This document shows positions 32,217 through 46,808 of a stretch of DNA of 64,000 bases, one piece after another. The notes beneath the pieces were generated by a model. The model saw only the letters and a program-made list of their open reading frames with translations. It ran no database searches and had not been told where the DNA came from. The stretch comes from the human T2T-CHM13v2.0 reference genome, Homo sapiens. The DNA lies in NCBI RefSeq assembly GCF_009914755.1, contig NC_060929.1; one strand, given 5' to 3'. Each line of letters opens with the position of its first letter. The first letter of the stretch is position 1. The position numbers were made by a program, and so were the translations under genes.

Positions 32217-34772
32217 TACAAAGAGGAGCTGCTACCATTCCTTCTGAAACTATTCCACTCAGTAGAAAAAGAGGGAATACTCCCTAACTCATTTAATGAG
32301 GCCAGCATCATCCTGATACCAAAGCCTAGCAGAGACACAACAAAAAAAGAGAATTTTTTAGACCAATATCCCTGATCAACATTGATGCAAAAATCCTCAA
32401 TAAAATACTGGCAAACAGAATCCTGCAGCACATCAAAAAGCTTATCCACCACGATCAAGTCAACTTCATCCCTGGGATGCAAAGCTGGTTCAACTTACGC
32501 AAATCAATAAACGTAATCCATCACGTAAACAGATCCAAAGACAAAAAACACATGATTATCTCAATAGATGCAGAAAAGGCCTTTGACAAAATTCAACAGC
32601 CCTTCATGCTAAAAACTCTCAATAAACTAGGTATTGATAGAACATATCTCAAATTAATAAGAGCTATTTATGACAAACCCACAGCCAATATCATACTAAA
32701 TGGGCAAAAACTGAAAGCATTCCCTTTGAAAACTGGCACAAGACAAGGATGCCCTCTCTCACCACTCCTGTTCAACACAGTGTTGGAAGTTCTGGCCAGG
32801 GCAATCAGGCAAGAGAAGGAAAGAAAGGGGATTCAATTAGGAAAACAGGAAGTCAAATTGTCCCTGTTTGCAGATGACATGACCGTATATTTAGAAAACT
32901 CCGTCATCTCAGCCCAAAACCTCCTTAGGCTGATAAGCAACTTCAGCGAAGTCTCAGGACACAAAATCAGTGTGCAAAAACACAAGCATTACTATACAGC
33001 AATAACAGACAGACAGCCAAATCATGAGTGAACACCCATTCACAACTGCTACAAAGAGAATAAAATACCTAGGAATCTAACTTACAAGGGCTGTGAAGGA
33101 CCTCTTCAAGGAGAACTACAAACCACTGCTCAACAAAATAAAAGAGGACACAAACAAATGGAAGAACATTCCATGCTCATGGATAGGCAGAATCAACATC
33201 GTGAAAATGGCCATACTGCCCAAGATAATTTCTAGATTCAATGCCATCCCCATCAAGCTACCAATGACTTTGTTCACAGAATTGGAAAAAAACTACTTTA
33301 AAGCTCATATGGAACCAAAAAAGAGCCTGCATTGCCAAGACAATCCTAAGAAAAAAGAACAAAGCTGGAGGCATGACGATACCCGACTTCAAACTATACT
33401 ACAAGGCTACAGCAACCAAAACAACATGGTACTGGTACCAAAATAGATATATAGACCAATGGAACACAACAGAGGCCTCAGAAATAAGACCACGCATCTA
33501 CAATCATCTGATCTTCAACAAACCTGAGAAAAACAAGCAATGGGGAAAGGATTCCCTATTTAATAAATGGTGCTGGGAAAACTGGCTAGCCATATGTAGA
33601 AAGCTGAAACTGGACCCCTTCCTTACACCTTATATAAAAATTAATTCAAGATGGATTAAAGACTTAAATGTTAGACCTAAAACCATAAAAAACCCTTAAA
33701 GAAAACCTAGGTAGTACCATTCAGGACATACGCATGGGCAAAGACTTCATTACTAAAACACCAAAAGCAATGGCGACAAAAGCCAAAATAGACAAATGGG
33801 ATCTAATTAAACTGAAGAGCTTCTGCACGGCAAAAGAGATTACCATCACAGTGAACAGGCAACCTACAGAATGGAAGAAAATTTTTGCAATCTGCCTGTC
33901 TGACAAAGTGCTAATATCCAGAATCTACAAAGAACTCAAACAAATTTACAAGAAAAAACCAACCCCACCAAAAAGTGGGCAAAAGATATGAACAGACACT
34001 TCTCAAAAGAAGACATTTATGTAGCCAACAGACACCTGAACAAATGCTCATCATCACTGGTCATCAGAGAAATGCAAATCAAAACCACAATGAGATACCA
34101 TCTCACACTAGTTAGAATGGCGATCATTAAAAAGTCAGGAAACAACAGATGCTGGAGAGGATGTGGAGAAATAGGAATGCTTTTACACTGTTGGTGGGAG
34201 TATAAATTAGTTCAACCATTGTGGAGCACAGTGTGGCGGTTCCTCAAGGATCTAGAACTAGAAATACTATTTGACCCGGTGATCCCTTTATTGGGTACAT
34301 ACCCAAAGGATTATAAATCACTATAAAGACACATGCACATGTATGTTTATTGCGGGACTATTCACAATAGCAAAGACTTGGAACCAACACAAATAGCCAT
34401 CAATGCTAGACTGGAGTAAGAAAATGTGGCATGTGTACACCATGGAATACTATGCAGCCATAAAAAAGGATGAGTTGATGTCCTTTGCAGGGACATGGAT
34501 GAAGCTGGAAACCATCATTCTCAGCAAACTATCACAAGGATGGAAAGCCAAACACCACATGTTCTCACTCATGGGTGGGAATTGAACAATAAGAACACTT
34601 GGACACATGGCGGGGAACATCACACAGCAAGGCATGTCAGGGGGTGGGGGCTGGGGGAGGGATAGCATTAGGAGAAATACCTAATGAAAATGACGAGTTG
34701 ATGGGTGCAGCAAACCCATGTAACAAACCTGCACATTGTGCACATGTACCCTAGAACTTAAAGTATAATTTA
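32217..34772 (+). mobile_element. 5'-truncated L1PA6/7-like element (~2.55 kb), RT domain to 3' end, frameshifted
   Basis: QGCPLSP/FADD in ORF 32477-33031; 3' UTR ggagaaatacctaatg..gagttgatggg; 20-bp TSD with 2 mismatches (32198-32217 and 34773-34792). Confidence 0.97.
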
Positions 34773-37034
34773 AAAAGATAAAGTCACCTCTTTCAGATAA
34801 AAACTGCTGAGGCTACCACTTAAAAAAACAAAAGATAATCACTGTAAGTTTGGGCTTTAAAACAGTTAAAAGTTCTGTCAGTATCTGATACTTCTTAGTT
34901 AGAAAAATAATAGTCGAGTTGCTTTTTACTATTGTTGTGAAAAAAAGTTGTGTGATATTTAGACTCGTGATGTTTGCCATGGATAAGTGGCTGTGTTATC
35001 AATTAAGTTGTCTCTGCAGGATGACCACACATTGCACACTAGAGTAGCATTTTCTGTTTTTTTTTTCCATCTTTTTTTATCCTATGCTATTTCACTGAAA
35101 TAAATGTGAAACTGAATTCACTGCAGTTCTTAACATGGAAGTTTCTTCTTTCTCATCAAGACCACACAGAGACAACAAGCTTAGAAGGAAAAGTAAAACA
35201 TTACCATTTGCCTAGGCCTGTTCATAACTCAGCACCTATTGGTTTCAGCAGGCTAAAGACTAAAAGCACTATCAAGCTAGCAAGGAAAAATCACTGTAAT
35301 GTGTTTAGATGTGTGGTCTTGTCATTTTTTCCTGACTTGCTCTATAAAAGTAATTATAGTTTTAGGCATAATCTCCCAATTTTAGGCTTGCTTCCATTCT
35401 CTCTCTCTCTCTCTTACACACACACACGCACACACACATGCACTTTATCTCTCAATAACCTCATCAAAACAGCAACAAGGCAGAAAGAGACAGGTGAGTT
35501 CTGAGTAAAATATTTGATTAATTGACCCCAAAATATTTTTCCTACTTTCTCTCTTTTTACCAGAAATCATATATACCCTGGATCAAAATATGTTAATCAC
35601 TCATATTCTCTTAAAATCCTAATATGTTCCCAGTATTTAATAATGGAAACATTGTAGAGTCATTGGAATTTTCATATGTGATAAAATTTTTAGTTGCTGT
35701 AAGAACTTCAGAACCTGTGAAAATATTCTTTTGCATGTAAAATTATACTACCAGTATACTAGCCATTAGTAGATCCCTCCAAAAATTCTCAGGCCAGCTC
35801 ATCCGCAAGGAGAGATCTTAACAACATCTCACTTCAAAGCTATCACACTGGAAACAGTTGGAGGAGACAAAAATGCACTTCACTGGCAATTCCTGATCTG
35901 AGAAATGGCCAATTCATAGAGATGTTGAACAAACCCCTTTCTGTCATGAGGTCTGTGACCAATTTAAGAAAAAGGCATACATACACAAGATGAATGTCAA
36001 ATAAGTATTCCAGCCAGTGACTGTTATTGGGGACTCCTAACTTCTATATGGGTTAGAGAAGTTAGGAAGCACTTCCTGCAAAAATAGTATTTAAACATGG
36101 TTTTGCAGAAAGGCTAAACTTTAAATAGCAAAAACTGTTGTCTGTGAAGAAAAACAGTCAGAAGTTGGGTGGGAAGAATCCAAAAAGTGAAGCTCAATCA
36201 CTTTACTTCTCTCCTATAGGATTGAAATATAAAGGATATGGGAGATTGAGTAAAAGTTTGGAAGAATATATATTTTTTTTCCTATTTATGTTTTCTAGTC
36301 TCTAGCCAACTATCAGAAAAAGCTGAAAATGGAAAATGCTTCTGCAAATTAGAGGACAGGTGAAGACTCAAATTGGGTAGTCCACCTTGGAGAGTAGGTG
36401 GGCACATCTGGATTTTGTTGTGTGTCTATGTCATTTGACTTGTCTTAATGAGTAGGTGTTTCTTTTATGGTTTGGAACAAAAAAAATCTAATGAAGTGTT
36501 TTGTCACACAGTAATTTCAACATCCTTTTCCAATAATGAATAGATTCTACTGAGGCTCAGATGCTAGAAGACAATCCCAAATCATCAGCAAGCAGCCCAT
36601 GTGAAAGCTCCGGTTATACAACTAGGAAGGAAAGTTTTACTGTGGATTCTGCCATTGACCTTTGGGGCCTGTGTTTCTCACCTGTAAAATCAGAAGCTAG
36701 GAGATGACAGCTAAAATCTAGGAAATCAAATCATAATTTTTGTTACAAACATGTATAAACTTTAAATAAATCAGATTGGAGTAAGGGCCTAAGATGTGTT
36801 CCTGTGAGGAAAGCACATGATCTTTTGTACACGGACTTTTTGATATTTGTTTTGGCTGCCCAGAGTCCTTTAGAAACGCTGTCTGAGCTCCAGTTATTCA
36901 TGATTAGTTGTATTCAGGCATTCTAACTACTGCACTATTTTTGTTTGTTTAAAAGGGCTAAAGAAAGCATTTATACGTTCTGACAATGCATCTATATTTT
37001 CCAAATATTAAGTGAGAAAGAATGGAAAGTGTGC

Positions 37035-37799
37035 CCTTATGGGCTGGATTGTGTCCTCCCAAAATTCATATGTTGAAGTCCTAATCTCCTAATATGGTTG
37101 GGCTGTATCCCCACCCAAATCTCATCTTGAATTTTAGCTCCCATAATCCCCAGTGTTGTGGGAGAGACCAGGTGGAGATAATTGAATCATGGGGGTGGTT
37201 TCCCCCAAGCCTGTTCTTGTGATAGTGTGTTAGATCTCACAAGATCTGATGGTTTTATAAGGGGCTTCCCGCTTCACTGGGCATTCATTCTCTCTCTTGC
37301 CACCCTGTGAAGAGGTGCCTTCTGCCGTGATTGTAAGTTTCCTGAGTCCTCCCAAGCCATGCAAAACTATGAGCAATTAAACCACCTTCCTTTATAACTT
37401 ACCCAGTCTCAGGTATTTCTTCCTAGCGGCATGAGAATGGACTAATGCTTCCCCAGTACATCAGAATGTACCTGTATGTGGAGATAAGGTCTTTGAAGAA
37501 GTAACTAAATTAAAATGAAATTGTTACCATAGGCCCTAATCCAATATGACCAGTATACTTATAAGAAGAGGTCATTTGGACACACAAAGAGACGTCATGG
37601 ATGTGCACACAGAGGAAAGACCATGTGAGGACACAGCGAGAAGGCTTCCATAAGCCAAGGGAAGAGGCTTCAAAAGAGACAAAACTGGCCGACATCTTTA
37701 TCTTGAACTTTTAGCCTCCAAAACAGTGAGAATATAAATTCCTGTCGTTTAAGACACTCAGTCTGTGGTATTTTCTTGTAGCCTAGTAAACTAATACAT
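37035..37799 (+). mobile_element. MLT1B-like MaLR LTR, interrupted by THE1
   Basis: tatgggctggattgtgtcctcccaaaattcatatgttgaagtcctaa at the start, resuming ccagtacatcagaatgt, end aaactaataca. Confidence 0.88.
37091..37448 (+). mobile_element. THE1 (THE1D-like) solo LTR nested in MLT1B
   Basis: atatggttgggctgtatccccacccaaatctcatcttgaa...gattgtaagtttcctgag...gagaatggactaat. Confidence 0.9.
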
Positions 37800-39399
37800 G
37801 TGCCTTTCTCATCTTCCATTTATCTAAAATAGTTGAGAATATTGCTGCTTCTTATTGGGTACTTCTATGATTGCTGACCAAGAAAAAGTGACAGAATGTG
37901 TCTTTATTTTTCCTGTGATTAAGATAGAACACTTATTTATAACTTTGCAATCCACTCTTCAGATTCAAGTGCTTGAGAGGCACCTTCTCCAAGTGTTTGT
38001 TAAAACTCCAGCGAATACACATGTACACAGTTTTGATATAGTGGCAAAAAATTTAGGTTCTTTTGTGATCAGATTTCACTTCTATTCTTAATAATCAGTG
38101 AAAGCAGACGTGTGCTTAAGCTCATTATTTCTAGTGATCAGAAGCAATCTGAACCCACATAATATCAACAAAAGTAAACTAATCCAATCAAATATCTGTC
38201 CAATTCCACAGGGAAAAACAGTTACAGTGGTTATACAGTAAAGTATGAAATTTTAAAAACATGGTTGAATATCTTTCAACTAATTATTTCTTATAGTTCG
38301 ATATAAGTGGCATATTGTTCCCTACTTTTCATCCTTTTAGGAGTTTAGGAAGGCAGGAAAACACAACCTATAATATTGTAGGTGATAACCCAAGTGTACC
38401 CTGTTATAATATCTGATGCAGTCTGAATCCATTTGCTGTTTTAGTATTGCCAAGCATACCTTTTCCAACCAATTTTCTTCCATTCTCAGACATCCCTTCA
38501 AGTATATACTTTAAGATATATATGGATCGTAGATGTTCTAATGGCTAGAACAATTGCCAGTATGTTTCCATCACTTCTCTGAATAAATCACATTAAAAAG
38601 TCATAAAATGCTGCTATCTAGTGATAAATAGAAGCAAGACAATTTGCCTGCAGTGTTTGTTAAAAGATTATGTAATCTGGCATCTAATTTTTACAGATGA
38701 ATATTGGATGAAAGTGGATGATGGCATATCTTGCAGGGAGCTTTTTTAATTTAATATTTATTTTATGCTCTTTCTACAGAATATTTAAAATGGACTCTAA
38801 ACATAGCATTGAATGGTTGAATTTGTTATAGGGAAAATCAGATACAAGGCTTCCTGTATCCAATTCATAGCTGCAATTCTTGCCTACAAAATCTTTACTG
38901 CCAGAAAAACCATTAAAACAGTAATCAATTGTGGAGTGTCATGCCCAACAGAATAGCATAACACAAAATGAAACTTTGCCAGTTATTGAAAACATGCCCC
39001 AATATAGATTTTTAAAATATGACTAATTGTATGATAAAATTTCCATATTAGTTACTGTTTGAAGCTACAATGTTAAGCATTCTTAGAGAAACAGAATGGC
39101 TCCTGGTTTTCCTTTTGATCAGTATGACAAAATACGGTGTTTATTATTGAATAGGTTTATTTCCATTTTCAAAAATAGCTTTTGAATAGCTTCTTCACAT
39201 TCAAAGAAAAGTAGATCATGAGTAGATAATATAACACAAAAACTTAGCCAATCAAACCTTACAAGAAATGAGCCCTAAAATGATGTTTCACAAAATTATT
39301 CAAATGAATTCAAAACTCAAGTGGAAGTGATTTTTGAAATATACTTTCCAGACAGAATTGACAGAATGACAAGTAGAAATAACCCAGCTGCCAATAATT

Positions 39400-39600
39400 T
39401 TCTAAGTGGTCAGACCAAACACTTCCTTGATCTTTACAACAACTCTGTGAGATAGATAAGACTTTTGTTTTTGTTTTATAGATGTGGCTACCCAGAGAAG
39501 ATAAGCAAATTACCAGTGTCTAAAGTGATACCGCCAGCAAGTGGCAGTGCCAAGATTACAGCAAAAGCAGTCTGCAGTCTGGGTGGCGCTTACACACTCT
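39400..39600 (-). mobile_element. MIR fragment
   Basis: atctttacaacaactctgtgagatag..ttttatagatgtgg resembles the reverse MIR core. Confidence 0.65.
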
Positions 39601-40499
39601 TAATGATTCTGCTTGTAATGCCATTATTCAACTTTCCAGTTAGGAACATGAAAGAAAGTCTGTGCTTTTGACACACTAAAAAGGTCTTACTAATAAATAA
39701 TGGTATTGTTAGAAATTAGGGAGCCAGCCATACAGGTGACAAAGCGTCTATGAACTACTGTTCTGTGGTCTGCTGATAAATGATTATTCAAAATGTATTA
39801 ATAATACAGGGAGATAAATTACATGTCATAGGCTCACAGAAGCTAAATATATCAACCTTTTTAAAAAAATGATTCACTTGAGCTAATGAATGCTTTAGCT
39901 GTAAGAACTGGCAACAAAATGTAAATAGACAACTTTCTCAGATAAGACATGTACAGATAATTGAAAGAGCAGTAACAACAAAATTAAAGACACAACTTTA
40001 AAATATGATAAAATAGGTACAAAATGACTTTCATACTTAATTCACAAATGTAAGCAAAGAGGAATATGGCTTTATAGTTATAAAGTTACCCAAAGACCGC
40101 ATCTAAACAGTGATTTACTTTAGTTAAAATTTATCAGATAATACTATTTTGCTGGTGGGGAGCAGGCAGAGTAATAAGAGGAGTTACCCACATCTCAGCA
40201 AATATGCAAATCTTTATTTTGCTTTGCTATATTTTCAGGTATATTACCTGCTATTAACATTGCAGATTTTATACACTGAAGGCTTATTAAAAGCCATTGA
40301 AAATGAAGTATAAAGTCTTCCTGTTTGAGCATATAACCTAAATCAAACAGGCAATAAAAGCAAGCCAAATATTTGATTACTAGTATATTTTTGAGACCAG
40401 TGTTTGAAGTGTGTAGATGCTTAAAATTAAATGGGTACCTTTATTTGTGAATCTAACCTACTATCTAACAACTTAATATGTAATTTTAATCATATCTCT

Positions 40500-41020
40500 T
40501 CAAAATTAAAAACATTCATGTCTTTAACTCTAGAATTGTTTTTCTAGAACTTATTCTCCAAAAAGAATTGTAAAATTAATTAGTTATGCAGGAGAATAAT
40601 TTTGTAGCATTGTTTCTAATAGCAATGAATTAGAGTCAATCTAAATGCCAATAAGTTAAATAATCATTTATTATGTTGTGTAGAAACACAATAAATTTCT
40701 GCACCATTACTTAAAATATTAAGGTAGTTCTCAGACTAATGGTAAGATGTCCATAATATATTCTTAACTGAAGAAAACTAGTGTCAGAGTAATGTGGACA
40801 GCATTATCAAAATTAAAAAAAAATTGTGCAGATTTTATAAAGTTTTTGTACATTGTACATGAGTACATAGCCAAAGAGACTGGAAGAATGTAGATAAATC
40901 AATTAACAGTTGTTATCTGGTGAATGAAACTATTGGAGTCAGTCCTCATCTGAATGAGGACTTTCATTTTTCTCTTAGCATAATTATATTTACAATTTTA
41001 AAGAGTAGATGTATCACTCT
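40500..41020 (+). mobile_element. Ancient L1ME-like 3' fragment
   Basis: tgtagcattgtttctaatagcaa..tcaatctaaatgccaa resembles the L1 ORF2 end/3' UTR. Confidence 0.55.
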
Positions 41021-41949
41021 GGTAATATTGTTTAAAAATGATTACAAATTAAAGAAAATTAACTCACCTGTGAAGATTAAAAAATAAGTTTGAAAAGACA
41101 TTTTGTGAGAGAAATTAATACATCTAAAGAAAGAGCTAAATTAACATTTCTGACTTGTGTGTGAATAATGAAACTTATAAGCAAAATTAAAATTCAAAGG
41201 TAAGCATACTTGATGGGAAATATTAGCTTCACATCCTTTAATTTTTTAACACAAACTTTCACCTCAAACTTTGTCAAATATTCCCCAGGCAGGGTTGGAA
41301 ATGTTAAGTCAGCCAACTCTTTCAGTTTATGGTTCCACCATCAAGAACACCATGACTCTTATACTACTTAAGCAACCATTGCCAGAAAATTTCTCTCACT
41401 TTTATACCTTAAAACATTTTCCTTTGCATTAAACCTAGTGAAAAATAGAAAAAGAACAAACGATTTTTGTTTTAGACAGTATAACAAAGTGAGTGTATAC
41501 AGAAACTCCACCTGGTACAGAACAGATTGTGTGTGGGGTAGGGGTGCATATATATGTATATCATGTCTAAGCTGATGTAAAACAAAAAAAGAAAAAATAA
41601 TTAAAAATAGGAAAAAAAGAGAATATGATTTCACAATGGTAAACTTAGGGGCTGGCATTTATCCTGAGGAAATATGCTAAGCTCTAGGGGCTTAGAATAT
41701 TTTTGAAAGGAGTATTTATCCTTAGTGAAAAAGCTGGAGTTGGGGGAAGCACAGGGCTTTCAAGCAGGTGGAAAGTTGGATCAAAGAACCCTCAATATCT
41801 CAAAGTACAGGACAAAAGTCACAACTCCAGCACATAAACCGGATTAAAACCCATCCCACAAAAGCACACCATCTATCTAGGCCTGGCTTTGGAAAGAAAG
41901 ACTCAATCCCGAAAGGTAAAAAAATGAAAATAAATAAACAAACAAACAA

Positions 41950-43583
41950 ATAAACCCCACTAAAGTACAATAAGTTTTAAGAGCTCTCATAATAGAAATA
42001 ACAAAACAGTCATCACGAATGAATCTAAATATGCATGTAAAGTTAAGGAGGATAAACTAAATATTCAGATAATAGATTTAAAACTAAGGAATGATAAAAA
42101 TGCTATATATGAAACTTCTATAATGTATTAAAGTGGTATGTAGAGAAAGACAATCTTTAAGGCTCACATTAGAAAAAATATGAGAAATTAATAAACTAAG
42201 CATCTGATTTGAGATGTTAGAAAAGGAACAGAAGAGTAAGTTCAAAGAAAGTTAAAAAAATATGATTAGGAGTAGGTATTAAAATTACCATATGAAATAA
42301 GCCATGAACACTGTTATGCCTTCAAATTTGAAACTTAGGTAAAGACATATTTTGGAAAATAATATACATCATTAAACATGACTAAAGTAGAAATAACACG
42401 ATTTAAATAACAATTTGAAAACTGAATTATTAAAAAATTTTCAAAAATATCAAATGAAAAATGGGACATTATCAAGGAAGAAAGGCATTTAATTTAAAAA
42501 TACCTTTTTTAAGAGAATAGAACAAGAAGGGTAGTCTATTTTATGTGGTTCTTATAGTCTTGATTCCAAAACCAGAAGAGGTCATTTTGATAAAAGAAAT
42601 CTCAAATTTTTGCAAATATACTAAAAATAATAGCACACCAAAATGGTTAATAAAAGAAGCATAAGACATCAAGACCAAGTTGGATTTATTCCAGGAATGT
42701 AAAATACAAGTTTGTCTCAACACTAGAAATTTCCTTATTTAATTAGTTTAAGACATTTTAGATTAAAACTAAATGATATTGGGATATAGACAAATAGATC
42801 ACAATATCATTATATATATATATATATCTATAGATAGATCCAGATATATCTAGATATATCTAGAGAGAGAGAGTCATCTTGATAAATACAGAAAGGGTAT
42901 TCAATACAAACAGCTGATGGATGGTGAAAGCTCTTAGAAAACTAAGAATAGAATCAGGGAAATGCAACTTACTGCCTTTAATAAAAATTATTGGCAAAAG
43001 CAACAGGGATAATATTGATGGGATAATATTTAAAGCATTGTCTTTAAAATGAGAAACAAGAAAGAATACCTGCTGTCACCTTCTCTACTCAACATTATAC
43101 CTGAGATCCTAGCCTGTGCAACAGACATTAAAATAAATAATAATACTGGTCATAAAGAAACAAAACTCTAATTAGCCACAGATCTGATTATATATAATGG
43201 GAGCCCAAAAGAATATAAAAACACATTATTAGAATTAATAAGGGAATTTAGTAATGTTGCTGGATTTAAAACCAATTAACAAAAATCAACTGCATTTCTA
43301 CATACAAGCAACAAATATTTAGAAGTGAAAGTTAAAATAAGATACTATTTAAAATAAGAACTTCAGTATTAAATATTTTGGAATATATCTAACAAAATGT
43401 GCAAACTGTATTTAGAAAATTGTAAAATTTTATTCAAAAATGATAATAAGCAATACCTAAATCAATAGAACACATACCATGTTCATAACTAAGAAAATTC
43501 AATATTGTAAAGACATCAATTTTTCCCTAATGTATCAATAAATTCATTACAATTTTAATCAAAGTTCCAAATGGGTAGGATGG

Positions 43584-43635
<52 letters not shown>

Positions 43636-44600
43636 GTGTGATGTCTGTGTGAACTGATGAAGAACTACTTTATATGGTGATGAAAATAGCTAACATAGTT
43701 CTAAATGAGAGGAATTGAGCAGGAAAATTTGCCTTCTTAGCTTTAAATGCTTAATATAAGGCTACAGTAATTAAGTTAGTTTGGTGTTAGCACACTTACA
43801 AAGATCAGTGGAAGAAAAGATAAAGTCATAAAATTAAGATATGCATTTAAGAAATGTTTACACAGTATATGAAAATCAATTTTGATGGAAAATGACATAA
43901 CCCATCATGAAAGGTATATTTTAAATTAAAAATTCTTCAAAATCTTTATGATTCAGGGTAGAAAATACATTTTTAAAAGCACATATTAATAATGGAAAAT
44001 ATTAATAAACTGACTACTATCAAATTAAAAACTTCAGTATATCAAAAGACAAAATTAAATAAGTACAAAGAAAAAAGTACAAATGCAAGCTGCAAACTAG
44101 TTGAAGATATTTCCAAACTGTATAAATGTGTCTTATAAGTGACTCCTATGAATCAGTAGAAGAAAAAAATGGCAAAAGACATTTAAGAAATTTAAATGAC
44201 TCACAACCTGAAAACATGCTTTACCTTCTTTGTAATCAGGGAAATGCAAATTCAAACCAAAACCTGATACTATTTCAAGTCAGAGTGGCAAAAATGAAAA
44301 GAAGACAGTATTATGTGTTTGAGAGGACATGAGGCAACAGTAACTCTCTCTCCTCTGCTGATGGGAGAATACTGTATCGATTTCTTGGAAAGCAATTTGG
44401 CATCATTTTGTAAAGCTGAAACTGCCCATATCTTGTAACTTGCAATTCTACTCTTAGGTATACTCCCTAGAGAAAAATCTTAGAAATGTACACAAGAAGA
44501 CATGTAAAATAAAGTTTGCACAACAACGACAGCAAAATCTGGGGTAATATAAATGCCCATCAACAATAAGATAGATAATTTAACAATTACAGCTCTGTTG
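41950..44600 (+). mobile_element. Ancient L1M ORF2 region, heavily decayed
   Basis: gaccaagttggatttattccaggaatg, tctactcaacatt, aatcaactgcatttctacatac, aatcagggaaatgcaaatt. Confidence 0.8.
43589..43632. repeat. (TG)22 microsatellite
   Basis: Read directly. Confidence 0.98.
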
Positions 44601-46292
44601 TAAAATAAAATATTTCAATAAAAACAAACAGCAACTCTCCAACTGTTGCATTTTTTCCCTTTGTCATGCTGGATTATGGGGAATATTAATGCTCAAAATA
44701 CTGTCGATATGGTTGCTGTCTCACAATAGTAGGATAAATTGAACAATGTGTATAAGTCTCTGGGCATATCTTAATATTCTCTATTAGATTCTATAGTAAT
44801 TTTGACCATAAAACCTTAAAAAGAATCCAACTATAATAGCTACAACATCATTTCTACCTTGACTGGTGTGAATGTATTATATAAACCATGATGGAGTCTC
44901 TGTGCCATACTATATATTCACGCCAAGAAATGCACAGGTAAATGAGGCAGCCCTTGCCCTCCAAGATTTTTCAGTTTAAAGGTGAAGACAGACTTGTAAA
45001 CAAAATTTAAGGAAGTTATCACAGTGTTATAACATGCAGGAGAAGCAAAGAGGAAGAACCAACTAACCCTGCCTGAGGGGATGAGTGAAATTTCACAGGA
45101 GGTGTGACCAACCTGATGAAATGGCATGGCTCTTTTGAGGAATGTTGAGTAATTGTGTGAAGCTGATATAAAAGACCTTGGCATTAGATGTCAGCAAAAA
45201 TTGATGCCAGGATAAATTGAGGTCAGATCAAGAAGCGTCTTGTGTATGATGCTAATAGGTCATGATTGCATCCCGCAGAAGATAGTAACTCATGAACACA
45301 GTTTAAATAAGGAACTGAGAGGATAAGGTTTGTGTTATAGAAGAGCTTAGCAGTAATATAGAGGGTATACTTAAAAGAGGTGTGATTTTTATATATAAAT
45401 GTCCTTTCCAGAATTTAATCCCTCTTTAACTTGAACCCTTTTTTCTGTGGATTATATATTCTAGCAGAAAATAGCCATGAGAATGTAAGAAACATTCAAC
45501 AAAGGACATTGAAGTAAATACCTCCCTATAGAACTATCTGTGAAAATATAAAGTCATATGTCTGCATAACAATAAATACAACTGTGGATACAGAAAGAAT
45601 AGAGTCTAAAATCGAAAAATAAAACTTCATGCTGAAATTAATACTGTTGTCTGAAATGAAGACTGAAAGTATTTCAGTTTTATATATTTCAAGAATATAC
45701 ATTTATATATTGCGATATGTGTGTACATTTATATCTTTATAAAATATAGAATATCATATATAATCTCTATATATTTTAAATACATTGAAATATAAAGTAT
45801 ATATGTATATATGATTAATATATATATTCAAATGCCAGACATCTTATGGTGAAATATTTTTCTTAATTATTAGATTTAATGATATAATTTTTATTACTTA
45901 AGATATTAATCTGTACTTTTGTATCCCATAATTAGCTTAACAGCTTAGTGGAGAACGAAGAAAATACTAGATGGATAAAGAAAACTTAAAATATTCTTTA
46001 AATTGCACACTTACTATGTTTTGTAATAGTCAAATTACTTCTGCATAAATAAAAGGCATGTCCATAAAACAATTACTATGAAATTTAGAATAGTTGGAAA
46101 ATTCCTTAAGACTCTTTTTATCTAGAACAATCTAAAAGAGAAGTATGTCTGTTCAAAAACTCTGGCTTTATTTTGGATTTGTTTAATAATAATAAAAAAC
46201 AACTTGTAAAAGACAATTAAGAAATTCAATGAATATTTTGAATTGTGACCTATGTTTGTCCACTGAAATTTAAGTCCTACTATTAAATTCTT

Positions 46293-46808
46293 TTCTTTTT
46301 TTTTTTTGACAGAGACTCACTCTGTCACCAAGGCTGCAGAGCACTGGCATGATCTTGGGTCACTGCAGCCTCAACCTCCCGGGTTCAAGACATCCTCCTG
46401 ACTCAGCCCCCCAAGTAGCTGGGACAACAGGGACGCATCACCACACCTGCCTAACTTTTTGTATTTTTTGTAGAGATGAGATTTTTCTTTTTTTTTTATC
46501 TTTTTCTTTTTTTTTTTTTTTTTTTTGAGACGGAGTCTAGCTCTGTTGTCCAGGCTGGAGTGCAGTGACACAATCTTGGCTCATTGCAATCTCCACCTCC
46601 CGGGTTCAAGCAATTCTTCTGCCTCATCCTCCTGAGTAGCTGGGATTACAGGCGCCCACCACCATGTTTGGCTAATGTTTGTATTTTTTGTGGAGACAGA
46701 GATTTGCTATGTTGCTCAGGCTGGTCTTGAACTCCTGAGCTCAAGTGACTTGCTCGCTTCAGTCTCCCAAAGTTCTGGGATTACATGCATGAGCCACGGT
46801 GCCTGGCC
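46293..46808 (-). mobile_element. Composite Alu: AluJ interrupted by an AluS-type right arm with its own tail (~46485-46700)
   Basis: Two right arms and one left arm; outer TSD cctac(t/c)atta(a/c)attctt at 46276-46292 and 46809-46825. Confidence 0.92.

Noticed and set aside
40203-40210. Octamer ATGCAAAT motifs here and elsewhere
   Set aside because: Isolated matches are expected in AT-rich DNA, and no composite SOX site is evident
40941-40962. 9-bp-stem hairpins (also ~15295-15319 and ~29472-29498)
   Set aside because: Too short for pre-miRNA or snoRNA, and expected by chance in 64 kb of AT-rich DNA
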